Positions 55,830-64,000 of a DNA stretch of 64,000 nt are shown piece after piece. This stretch comes from an uncultured delta proteobacterium (lineage in GTDB: Bacteria; Desulfobacterota; Syntrophobacteria; Syntrophobacterales; Syntrophobacteraceae). Both the position numbers and the translations under genes were made by a program. Under the pieces are notes generated by a model. It saw only the letters and a list, made by a program, of their open reading frames with translations. It ran no database searches and was not told the origin of the DNA. The DNA lies in NCBI GenBank assembly GCA_963795045.1, contig CAWCGB010000008.1, positions 371,308 to 435,307 of the forward strand. Reading direction: 5' to 3'. Positions within the stretch are counted from its first letter, which is position 1. Each line of letters starts with the position of its first letter.

Positions 55830-56546
55830 TTAGCCTTCGCTTTCAATCGGAAAGGTGAGCTTGGCCCCGTGCCAACCGATTACTAAAACCATAGGGCAAA
55901 GGGAAAAGATGAGCAATAAATAAATGAAGCTGACGCCCCTTAGCCTTGTGAGAATATCAGGGGTCATTTCCCGCCAGAAGAGGGCGGCAAGAGAAACAAC
56001 CAGCATGAGCGTGGAAACAGCCACTTTTATGTTGATCGACCGCAGTGGTTTTGCCAGGTAATTGACGAACCAGGTCGCAAAACCGGTCAGCATGACGATC
56101 GGAGTGAAGATTACGCCGCCGGCGAGGCAATGGAAAGCGGTCGTTTCGTATGAAGTGTCCGCTGTTACGAGGTAGAGGAAAGTAAAGAATACCGCAGAGA
56201 GCATGAACACGATGGGAAAATGCACCGTCATCGGATGCGGGTGTCTGCGAAGAAAGGGAACTGCCTCGAACAGCGGTTCAAGAAAGCTCTTTTCCTCAAT
56301 TCCGGATTTCTTCCCGATAATCCCCACCTGCGGATATCTTTCGAGGACTTCCGGCCCGTGAGGGGCGGCGCTCATATCAGTGGTCAGGTCCTTTCCCGAA
56401 TGATGGCGTCTCATGTGGACGCCTGTTTTCCACAGGTCACTCCGGCTTACGTCATAGACTTTGCCCTCATAGGCTATATAGACGGGCGTTCCTTCCTTGC
56501 CGTCTTTGTGGGCAAGTTCCTCCAGGCTCAGTTCCATATCCGGCAT
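55830..56546 (-). CDS. Cytochrome b5-like heme/steroid-binding domain fused to a DUF2231-type 4-TM domain
   Basis: N-terminal LEELAHKDGKEGTPVYIAYEGKVYDVS...HHSGKDLT, followed by four hydrophobic helices. Confidence 0.6.
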   Translation of the reverse strand: MPDMELSLEELAHKDGKEGTPVYIAYEGKVYDVSRSDLWKTGVHMRRHHSGKDLTTDMSAAPHGPEVLERYPQVGIIGKKSGIEEKSFLEPLFEAVPFLRRHPHPMTVHFPIVFMLSAVFFTFLYLVTADTSYETTAFHCLAGGVIFTPIVMLTGFATWFVNYLAKPLRSINIKVAVSTLMLVVSLAALFWREMTPDILTRLRGVSFIYLLLIFSLCPMVLVIGWHGAKLTFPIESEG

Positions 56547-56842
56547 TCCAAAATCCCCCCAGGCCCAAATCGGCTTCTGCTCGTACGGTCCCGGAAAAGA
56601 TAATAATCGAGCCGCTTAATACAATCACTAAATTTACTGTCTCCCAAATCAAAATTCGGCCGCTGAAAATTAACGAAGATCCATGGATTGCATTTGATCT
56701 GTCGATTCTTATCCTGATTTGAGCACCTGTGCGGCGAATGCTGATGTGGGGAGGGTGCAGTTTTCGTAGAGTTCGACCTCCGGACGGGCACATAATCTAT
56801 TTGGTAAATTCGCGCTGTTCAAGCGCGGGGAGGCGCGTTTCC

Positions 56843-58261
56843 TTGAAAATCGCGGGCGTTTTTCTGTGCACCATGTTTTTGCTGATTCCGTCTCTTTCCC
56901 CCGGGGAGGTATTCAAAGACGCTACGGAAGCCAGGCTATCGAACGGCCTTAAAGTCATTTTGCTCGAAAACCACCAGTCCCCAATAGTGTCGTTTCAGGT
57001 CTGGTACCGGGCCGGGGCGCGGAACGAAAAAAACGGCAAAACCGGGCTCGCGCACATGCTTGAGCACATGATGTTCAAAGGTACCGTCAAAGTAAGCGGT
57101 GAGGAGTTTGTCAGGACAATCTATGAACTGGGAGGGGAGCAAAACGCCACCACGTCGCACGACTCTGTGGGGTATTTCGAGACGCTCGCTTCGGACCGGA
57201 TTGGCGTGGCCGTCGATTTTGAGTCTGACCGCATGAGCAACCTGGTCCTGAGAGAAAGTGACTTCCGGACGGAAAGGATGGTCGTTCTCGAAGAGAAGCG
57301 AATGCGCGTCGATGACAATCCGCAGTCTTTTTTGATGGAGCAGTTGGAGGCCGCCGCCTACCAGTCGCAGCCGTACCACTGGCCTGTCATCGGATGGACC
57401 GAGGACATTGAGAGATTCACAATCGAGGACGTAAAGGATTTCTACTCTACCTTCTACATCCCGGCCAATGCTTTCATCGTAGTCACTGGCGACTTCAAGA
57501 AAGAAGCCCTCTTACCCGAGATGGAAAAGGCGTTCGGGAAAATCCCAAGCGGAACTCCCGTACAGCAGCTTTTAATTCAGGACCCCAAACAGCCCGGAGA
57601 AAGACGTGTGGTTGTCGAGCGCCCTGCCCAGGTCGGGTCCCTTGTCATCGCCTGGCACGTTCCCAATCTGCGAAGCCAGGACAGTTACGTGCTGGAGGTT
57701 ATAAAGGCGATTCTTGCCGAGGGGAAGAGTTCGAGGCTCTATGACCACCTGGTGCGCGGGAAAGCGCTCGTACTCGAATCTTCGGTTGACTACGACATGC
57801 TTACCATGGACCCGTCCCTTTTTTATCTCACGGTCTCCGTTCTTCCAGGCAAGGATTTCGACGAAATAGAAAAGGCTATCTCTGAGGAAATGGAGCTTCT
57901 AAAGACAACTCCCGTAGGCACCCGGGAGCTTGAAAAAGCGAAAAACCAGCTTGAGGCCGCTTTTGTCTTCGACCAGGAATCCATCTTTTCCCTGGCCCAG
58001 AACCTGGCTTCATACGAAATAGCCCTTGACTGGGCTTCCATGGGCGCATACGTCCCATCCATCCGGAGCGTTACGCCGCAGGAAATTCAACGCGTTGCAT
58101 CGAAGTACTTCACGGCCGAAAACCGCAATGTGGGGGTTCTTACACCCACGGGGCCTCCCGTTCAGTTGCCTTCTCAGGCCGCCCCCCAGCCTGCCGGCAA
58201 CATAAAGGAGAGGGGCTTAAGGCTTCGGGCTTCCAATATCCGCAATGAAATTATCCCGTAG
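56843..58261 (+). CDS. M16 family zinc peptidase (active subunit)
   Basis: ORF 56729..58261. HMLEHMMFKGT (HxxEH). TTG 56843 follows GGGGAGG by 9 nt and opens a signal peptide. Confidence 0.85.
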   Translation: MKIAGVFLCTMFLLIPSLSPGEVFKDATEARLSNGLKVILLENHQSPIVSFQVWYRAGARNEKNGKTGLAHMLEHMMFKGTVKVSGEEFVRTIYELGGEQNATTSHDSVGYFETLASDRIGVAVDFESDRMSNLVLRESDFRTERMVVLEEKRMRVDDNPQSFLMEQLEAAAYQSQPYHWPVIGWTEDIERFTIEDVKDFYSTFYIPANAFIVVTGDFKKEALLPEMEKAFGKIPSGTPVQQLLIQDPKQPGERRVVVERPAQVGSLVIAWHVPNLRSQDSYVLEVIKAILAEGKSSRLYDHLVRGKALVLESSVDYDMLTMDPSLFYLTVSVLPGKDFDEIEKAISEEMELLKTTPVGTRELEKAKNQLEAAFVFDQESIFSLAQNLASYEIALDWASMGAYVPSIRSVTPQEIQRVASKYFTAENRNVGVLTPTGPPVQLPSQAAPQPAGNIKERGLRLRASNIRNEIIP

Positions 58262-58276
58262 AGTGCGAGCGGCTCA

Positions 58277-59605
58277 ATGAATCCAAAGAAAATCTGCATC
58301 GTTTTTATGTTGCTCCTGATTGCGCCTCTGCTGAAAGACGATTTTTGCATCGCGATGCCGAAGGCTCAGAAGATCGATCTGCCTAACCACCTGCGGGTGC
58401 TCGTATTCGAAGAACATTCGATTCCGGCCGTTACGCTCCAACTCCTGGTGGCCGCCGGTTCCTGGCGAGATCCTCAGGATCACAAAGGCCTCGCCAACCT
58501 GACTGCCAAGTCTATTCTGCTCGGGACCAGGTTTTTTTCATTCGATGAGATAAATGACAGGCTCGATTTCATCGGGGCCAATCTTGATGCGGATTGTTCC
58601 AAAGACTTTGCCGTAATCGGCATGCAGGTGCTCAAGAAGGACCTTGATGCAGGGCTTGGCCTCTTTACGGAGATAATCGTCTATCCCACCTTCCCCGCAG
58701 CCGATGTGGACGGACAAAAAGATGACATCATCGGAGCTCTGCGGGCAAAGGAGGACAACCCGCTGGAGGTCGCGAGCAGGGCATTCGACAAGGCGCTTTT
58801 CCTGAACGGCCCTTATGCCAGCCCGGTCGAGGGTACGGAGAAATCGGTTGGAGGAATTGGTACGGAAGAACTTTCAAAATTCTACTCCTCTTTTTATCGG
58901 CCGAACAACTCGGTGCTGGTGATCGGGGGGGACATTACCCCACAGGAAGTCGAGACCCTGATAGTTCCCAAATTGCTTGCGTGGAAAGAGGCACAGATAC
59001 CGGAAACGCCGTTTGAACCCCAGTTCGCCGAAGGGACCGTGAACGTCGCGATTGACAAGCCCGTGACGCAGGCCACAATTATGATCGGCTGCCCGGCCAT
59101 GGATAGGGCAAGCGAGGACTATTACCCCTTCCAGGTGATGAATCAGATTCTGGGCTCAGGGGATTTGTCGAGCCGGCTGATGGATGAGATACGTATCAAA
59201 AAGGGGCTTGCCTATGCGGTCGAAAGCCTGCTCGCCGCCCGCAGGCATGCGGGTTCTTTTCGAATTGTTCTTCAGACCAGGAATGAGTCTGCCAAAGAGT
59301 CCACCGCGCTTGCTGAAAAGGAATTGGAGCGGCTCCAGCGCGAACCGGTTTCAGAGGCGGAACTCCAGGCGGCAAAGAAATTTTTGATTGGCAATTTCCC
59401 ATTGAAATACAGCCTCCAGCAGGATTATGCAAGATTCCTGGCGCAGATCGAGTTCTACGGACTCGGGTCTGATTACCCCGACCGGTATGCGTCGCTGATA
59501 AATGCGGTGACTGCTGGAGATATTCTCAGGGTGGCGAAGAAATATCTTAGACCGGAGAATGTAATAGTAATTGTCGCCGATCTGAAGAAGGCCCAAGTAA
59601 AATAA
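58277..59605 (+). CDS. M16 family peptidase (HxxEH-less partner subunit)
   Basis: Signal peptide and M16 fold, with no zinc motif. It lies 15 nt after the previous gene. Confidence 0.8.
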   Translation: MNPKKICIVFMLLLIAPLLKDDFCIAMPKAQKIDLPNHLRVLVFEEHSIPAVTLQLLVAAGSWRDPQDHKGLANLTAKSILLGTRFFSFDEINDRLDFIGANLDADCSKDFAVIGMQVLKKDLDAGLGLFTEIIVYPTFPAADVDGQKDDIIGALRAKEDNPLEVASRAFDKALFLNGPYASPVEGTEKSVGGIGTEELSKFYSSFYRPNNSVLVIGGDITPQEVETLIVPKLLAWKEAQIPETPFEPQFAEGTVNVAIDKPVTQATIMIGCPAMDRASEDYYPFQVMNQILGSGDLSSRLMDEIRIKKGLAYAVESLLAARRHAGSFRIVLQTRNESAKESTALAEKELERLQREPVSEAELQAAKKFLIGNFPLKYSLQQDYARFLAQIEFYGLGSDYPDRYASLINAVTAGDILRVAKKYLRPENVIVIVADLKKAQVK

Positions 59606-59812
59606 GAGAGTTGGCTTTGAATATCACGATAATCTATTGAGATTGAAAACTGTAAAAAAGCAACCAAGCTATTGTAATTGGGAGCCGTGATATTATTTTT
59701 GGCAAGCAGGGTCCTGCCGTCAGCCAACACCAACGTCCTGGCGGGGCTCTTCCGGTTATTTTTCAGTATCCTTCGGAAATGTTCCCCTTACTGAGTTGCA
59801 AGGCTTTGGCAG

Positions 59813-62776
59813 ATGCCCGATTTGTGTCGCAGAGAATTTCTCAAGCTCTTCGGAATCGTGGGGACGGGAGCGGTGCTAAGCGGTTGTGGCGAACCGGCCG
59901 CGCGATATCTGATTCCTTACATTAATCCGCCTGAAGATGTCGTCCCCGGAAAGGCAGTATACTACGCCACGACCTGCCGCGAGTGTCCGGCCGGCTGCGG
60001 TATGCTGGCCAGGAATCGTGAGGGGCGGATAGTAAAGGTGGAGGGCAATCCGGCACACCCGGTCAGCGGAGGCAAGCTCTGCATGCGTGGGCAGGCTTCG
60101 CTGCACGGCCTGTACAACCCCGACCGATACCCGGGTCCGATGCTGCGAAACGATGCCGGCGGCTTCGATCCTGTTACGTGGGAGCGGGGCGAGCAGCTCC
60201 TGGCCACGAAGCTGGCTGAAGCCGTCCGCAAGGGCGGCGGCGGCCGCATAGTCGTCATGACCGACCTCATAACGGGATCTTTACACGATCTGACCGGGCT
60301 GTGGCTAAACGAAATGGGCCAGCGAAACGGCCACATAATGTATGAAACCTGGTCCTATGAGCCTCTTAGAAAAGCCAACCAGGTAGTTTTTGGCCGTGAT
60401 GCTATTCCGACCTACCGGTTCGATGAACTCGATTTTCTGATCTCCTTTAACGCCGGTTTTCTCGAAACCTGGATATCCAACCTGGAATTTGCCCGCCAGT
60501 ACGGTTCTTTTCATCCAATCGCGGGTGAGAGGAAAAACACCTTCGTTTTCGTCGGACCGCGACTTTCGATGACGGCAAACAATGCTGACCTATGGATTGC
60601 GACTCGCCCCGGAACCGAATACGCGGTCGGACTTGGAATTCTTCGGGCAATCCTTGACAATAACCTCGTCTCCGGCCTTCCTGCAGATCGCAGGGCGGCG
60701 CTTGCATCGATTGTCAGCAACTGGTCCGTTGATAAGGCTGCCGCAACAGCCGGGTGCGACCCGGGCCTCATTGAAACCGTTGCGAAGAGGTTCGCCGGCG
60801 CGGCGCGGCCTCTGGCCATCGCCGAAGGCCTTTCACAGTGTCTGCCCAACGCAACGGAAACTGCCGTTGCCGCAAATCTGCTCTGCACGATTAAACCTGC
60901 GGCCATGTCAGCCATCGACTTCAACCGGGAATCCTCCTATACCTTGAGCGCGCGTGCCGAGGAGGTCAAGACCCTTGCCGACCGGATGCGCTCCGGAGAG
61001 GTGGACGTTTTGATCTTCCGAGGAGTAAATCCCGTTTTTTCGCTCCCCAAATCGTGGGATTTTGCCGGAGCAGTGAAGAACGTTCCCTTTGTGGTGGAGT
61101 TTTCTCCGGCCATTGACGAAACCGGCGCCCTGGCTCACCTTGTTTTGCCCACTAATTATTCCTTCGAGTCCTGGGGAGATTATTCACCCAGACCTGGAGT
61201 TACCGGGTTCATGCAACCGGTGATGGGACCGGTTTTCAATACCAGGCACATGGGGGATATACTGATCTCGAGTGGCAAGAAGGTAAAAGGAGAAGACAGC
61301 TTTCCTTTCAAGGACTACTACGATGCCCTCCAGGGCTACTGGACGCGAATATCGGCCGAGGCCGGTATCGAATCATTTGACACTTTCTGGCAGAACTTGA
61401 TCAAGCAGGGCGGGTACTGGCCGGAGCAATCCGCAGCAGCCCAGGCGCTCTCCCTGCCCGTGCCGGCGTTTAGTTTTCCGGAACCCGGGCAACATCCGGG
61501 GGCAGCCCCGCCCCTGGTCATCTATCCTACCGTACAGTTCTTTGACGGCAGGATGGCCAACCACTTGTGGGTCCAGGAGTTCCCCGATCCGATGACCCAG
61601 GTGACCTGGGGAGGATGGCTGGAGATTCACCCGGAGACAGCCGGGAAATTGAACCTCAAGAAAGGAGACCTCCTCCAGGTAAAAACGAGTTATGGGACGA
61701 TCCGGATTCCGGCCCTCCCCATCTACACTGTACCTGAGGGCGTCGTCGCAATACCGGTCGGCCAGGGGCATTCCGGCTTCGGCAGGTTTGCAAGCGGACT
61801 TCCGGCAAATCCCTTCGAGCTGCTTGCTCCGGATATCGACCCGGTTTCCGGCGCTATTCAACGCCAGGAGCTTAATCCGGAGATCGAAAAAACAGGCGGT
61901 ACTTTCGTAATTGCCAATACGGACGGAAGCTTCTTCCAGCATGACCGCGAGATGGCGCAGGCAATGCCCCTGGAAGAGCGAAACAGGATGGCGGCGGCGG
62001 GAGAAAAACCCTACATCGATTATCCTTTGCCTATTGGCTACGAGAAGTCGAAAGATTTCTATCCACGTCAGATGTATAAAGATTACCGCTGGGCAATGGT
62101 CGTTGACCTGGACAGGTGCATTGGCTGCAGCGCATGCGTAGCCGGATGTTACTCGGAAAATAACGTTGCCGTAGTAAAACGGGAGCAGGTCATTAAAGGG
62201 CGCGAAATGTCATGGATAAGGGTCCAGCGGTATTTCGACGATGATAAAAACGGCGCCAAATGGCTGGTAATGCTTTGTCAGCACTGCGACAACGCGACGT
62301 GTGAGTATGTGTGCCCAATTTTCGCCCCGCAGCATAGCGTGGAGGGGCTTAATAACCAGATTTACAATCGGTGCTTCGGAACGCGTTTCTGCTCTCAAAA
62401 CGATCCCTACAAAGTGCGGCGCTTCAACTGGTTTACCTTCACCCGGCCCGAGCCGCTCAAGTGGCAGCTAAATCCCGACGTTACGGTGAGACAAAAGGGC
62501 GTAATGGAGAAGTGCTCTTTCTGTGTCCAGCGAATTATAGAAGCAAAACTCGACGCCAAAGCGAAAGGCCGCGAAAAAGTGCGCGACGGCGACTTTACAA
62601 CGGCCTGCGCGCAGACCTGCCCGACCGGCGCTCTGATCTTTGGCAGCCTGATCGACCCGGACAGCAGGGTGTCCAAGCTGATTAACGATGTCAGGGCTTA
62701 CCAAGTGCTGGTGCACCTCAATACCAAGCCTGCTGTGATCTATCTGAAGAGGGTGACTCAAAAGATAACGGTCTGA
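59813..62776 (+). CDS. Fused molybdopterin-oxidoreductase / 4Fe-4S ferredoxin subunit with Tat signal (ActB/PsrAB-like)
   Basis: RREFLKLFGIVGTGAVLSGCG Tat-type leader. CRECPAGCGM...CMRG is a CX2CX3C...C motif. The C-terminal ~230 aa carry several CxxCxxCxxxC ferredoxin motifs (CIGCSACVAGC, CQHCDNATCEYVCP, CSFCVQR). Confidence 0.85.
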   Translation: MPDLCRREFLKLFGIVGTGAVLSGCGEPAARYLIPYINPPEDVVPGKAVYYATTCRECPAGCGMLARNREGRIVKVEGNPAHPVSGGKLCMRGQASLHGLYNPDRYPGPMLRNDAGGFDPVTWERGEQLLATKLAEAVRKGGGGRIVVMTDLITGSLHDLTGLWLNEMGQRNGHIMYETWSYEPLRKANQVVFGRDAIPTYRFDELDFLISFNAGFLETWISNLEFARQYGSFHPIAGERKNTFVFVGPRLSMTANNADLWIATRPGTEYAVGLGILRAILDNNLVSGLPADRRAALASIVSNWSVDKAAATAGCDPGLIETVAKRFAGAARPLAIAEGLSQCLPNATETAVAANLLCTIKPAAMSAIDFNRESSYTLSARAEEVKTLADRMRSGEVDVLIFRGVNPVFSLPKSWDFAGAVKNVPFVVEFSPAIDETGALAHLVLPTNYSFESWGDYSPRPGVTGFMQPVMGPVFNTRHMGDILISSGKKVKGEDSFPFKDYYDALQGYWTRISAEAGIESFDTFWQNLIKQGGYWPEQSAAAQALSLPVPAFSFPEPGQHPGAAPPLVIYPTVQFFDGRMANHLWVQEFPDPMTQVTWGGWLEIHPETAGKLNLKKGDLLQVKTSYGTIRIPALPIYTVPEGVVAIPVGQGHSGFGRFASGLPANPFELLAPDIDPVSGAIQRQELNPEIEKTGGTFVIANTDGSFFQHDREMAQAMPLEERNRMAAAGEKPYIDYPLPIGYEKSKDFYPRQMYKDYRWAMVVDLDRCIGCSACVAGCYSENNVAVVKREQVIKGREMSWIRVQRYFDDDKNGAKWLVMLCQHCDNATCEYVCPIFAPQHSVEGLNNQIYNRCFGTRFCSQNDPYKVRRFNWFTFTRPEPLKWQLNPDVTVRQKGVMEKCSFCVQRIIEAKLDAKAKGREKVRDGDFTTACAQTCPTGALIFGSLIDPDSRVSKLINDVRAYQVLVHLNTKPAVIYLKRVTQKITV

Positions 62777-62801
62777 TTAATGTTTTGAAGGAACCTGCAC
62801 A

Positions 62802-64000
62802 ATGGGGGCGACAGTTTCCAATGGAGTGACCGAGGCGGCGGGGCCTGAGGGCCTGACCACCTACGCAGCGGTAGACGACCAGATACTTGGCGCTATGTGG
62901 AATCCCGGCGGCTTTTACTGGCTTTGTCTGGCGATTGCCGGGCTGGGTGTTCTTATAGGCGCTTTTTCCTGGGCATACCAGATCGCAACGGGCCTCGGGG
63001 CGGCGAATATTACCCACCCCACGATGTGGGGATCATACCTGGTGAACTTTGTATTCTGGGTCGGAATTGCCCATTCAGGCACCCTCATCTCGGCTATCTT
63101 GTTTCTTTTTCGCGCATCCTGGAGAACAACCATTTCCAGGAGTTCCGAGGCGATGACTATCTTCGCGGTAATGATAGCCGGAATGTTCCCGCTCATCCAC
63201 CTGGGGCGTGTTTGGCTAGTGTACTGGATACTTCCATATCCGAACCAAAGGAATCTGTGGCCAAACTTCCAGTCGCCTCTGGTCTTCGATGTGGTTGCTG
63301 TCTCGACGTATCTCACCGTCAGTTTCCTTTTCTGGTACACCGGCTTAATCCCGGACCTGGCTACTATAAGGGACCGCACCACCGGCCTGAAAAACAGGAT
63401 ATATGGTTTTTTCTCGCTTGGCTGGCGGGGGTCGAACTCTTTCTGGAAGAATTACGGAACAGCCTACCTGCTGTTTGCGGCCCTGGCCACCCCGCTCGTT
63501 ATCTCGGTCCACAGCGTCGTTTCCTGGGACTTCGCCCTGGGCATCGTTCCAGGGTGGCACAGTACTATTTTCGCTCCCTACTTCGTTGCCGGCGCGATTC
63601 ATTCCGGACTGGCGATGGTGCTCGTGCTTCTGATCCCCTTGCGCAAAATTTTCAGGTTCGAAAACCTTATCACTATGAACGTGCTGGAAAATATTGCTAA
63701 GACGATAATCCTTACCGGCCTCATCGTCGGCTATTCCTATATGGTCGAACATTTCATGGCCTGGTATGGCGGCGGCAAAGCCGAAGAGGCCCAGTACATG
63801 TGGCGCATGACGGGTTATTACTCCTGGTGCTTCTGGCTGATGGTCATCTGTAACGCGGTCGTCCCGATATTTCTATTCTTCAAGAAAATCAGGACCAATC
63901 TGGCGGCGCTGTTCTCGATAGGGATACTTGTAAACATCGGGATGTGGTTCGAGCGCCTGGTGATTATCGTAGGTTCCGAAGCCCATGAATACGACCCTTA
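62802..64000 (+). CDS. NrfD/PsrC/ActC-type polytopic membrane quinone-interacting subunit (3' end outside the window)
   Basis: My own translation from ATG 62802 stays open to the window end: MGATVSNG...WGSYLVNFVFWVGIAHSGTLISAILFLF...FAPYFVAGAIHSGLAMV. The track ORF 62897..63700 is in a different frame. Confidence 0.85.
   Translation, partial: MGATVSNGVTEAAGPEGLTTYAAVDDQILGAMWNPGGFYWLCLAIAGLGVLIGAFSWAYQIATGLGAANITHPTMWGSYLVNFVFWVGIAHSGTLISAILFLFRASWRTTISRSSEAMTIFAVMIAGMFPLIHLGRVWLVYWILPYPNQRNLWPNFQSPLVFDVVAVSTYLTVSFLFWYTGLIPDLATIRDRTTGLKNRIYGFFSLGWRGSNSFWKNYGTAYLLFAALATPLVISVHSVVSWDFALGIVPGWHSTIFAPYFVAGAIHSGLAMVLVLLIPLRKIFRFENLITMNVLENIAKTIILTGLIVGYSYMVEHFMAWYGGGKAEEAQYMWRMTGYYSWCFWLMVICNAVVPIFLFFKKIRTNLAALFSIGILVNIGMWFERLVIIVGSEAHEYDP

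Noticed and set aside
62897-63700. 267-aa track ORF downstream of the oxidoreductase
   Set aside because: It is in the wrong frame. The frame starting at ATG 62802 gives an NrfD/ActC-type polytopic protein and remains open to the window end.

Overview
64-kb chromosomal window with about 55 supportable protein genes. It looks like an anaerobic, moderately GC-rich deltaproteobacterium-type genome (Desulfobacterota/Syntrophia-like), but that is inferred from gene content only. I saw no rRNA, tRNA or CRISPR array by eye.

Layout:
(1) 1-8.7 kb is a compositionally mosaic accessory block. It holds an SMP-30-like lactonase, gene debris (a CoA-transferase tail and an SDR remnant), an excisionase-like HTH, a dead IS630 copy, a MetA-type outer-membrane channel and an AT-rich SDR/thiolase/CoA-transferase operon. 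It ends at a truncated cupin paralog fused to a solo IS end.
(2) 8.9-21 kb carries a cupin, an ATP-grasp ligase, a beta-CASP RNase, a GT-B-like protein, an output-less Cache sensor, an acyltransferase-3 gene with an intact IS630 inserted in its stop codon, an HDOD protein and an MFS transporter.
(3) 21.6-27.1 kb is a yceD-rpmF-plsX-[acyl-CoA dehydrogenase]-fabG-fabF cluster without fabH, fabD or acpP.
(4) 27-39.5 kb is housekeeping: gltX, a LivK-like binding protein, PBP4, aroA, aroE, DUF4416, Trm112, divIVA, yggT, TrmI and a GT2.
(5) 39.7-48.2 kb is a type IV pilus tip/minor-pilin operon with a sigma54-like promoter. Its 1542-aa PilY1-like protein is interrupted by repeated cysteine-rich modules. 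This is the most unusual feature of the window.
(6) 48.6-52 kb encodes PAP2, two alpha/beta hydrolases and a patatin.
(7) 52.06-53.88 kb is an IS110-family element with 21-bp imperfect inverted repeats and long non-coding ends (bridge/seek-RNA candidate).
(8) 54-64 kb encodes SYLF, a tandem USP, cyt-b5-like/DUF2231, an M16 peptidase pair and a fused molybdopterin/4Fe-4S oxidoreductase (ActB-like) followed by an NrfD-type membrane subunit that runs off the window.

All functional calls come from motif recognition by eye. No database searches were run.
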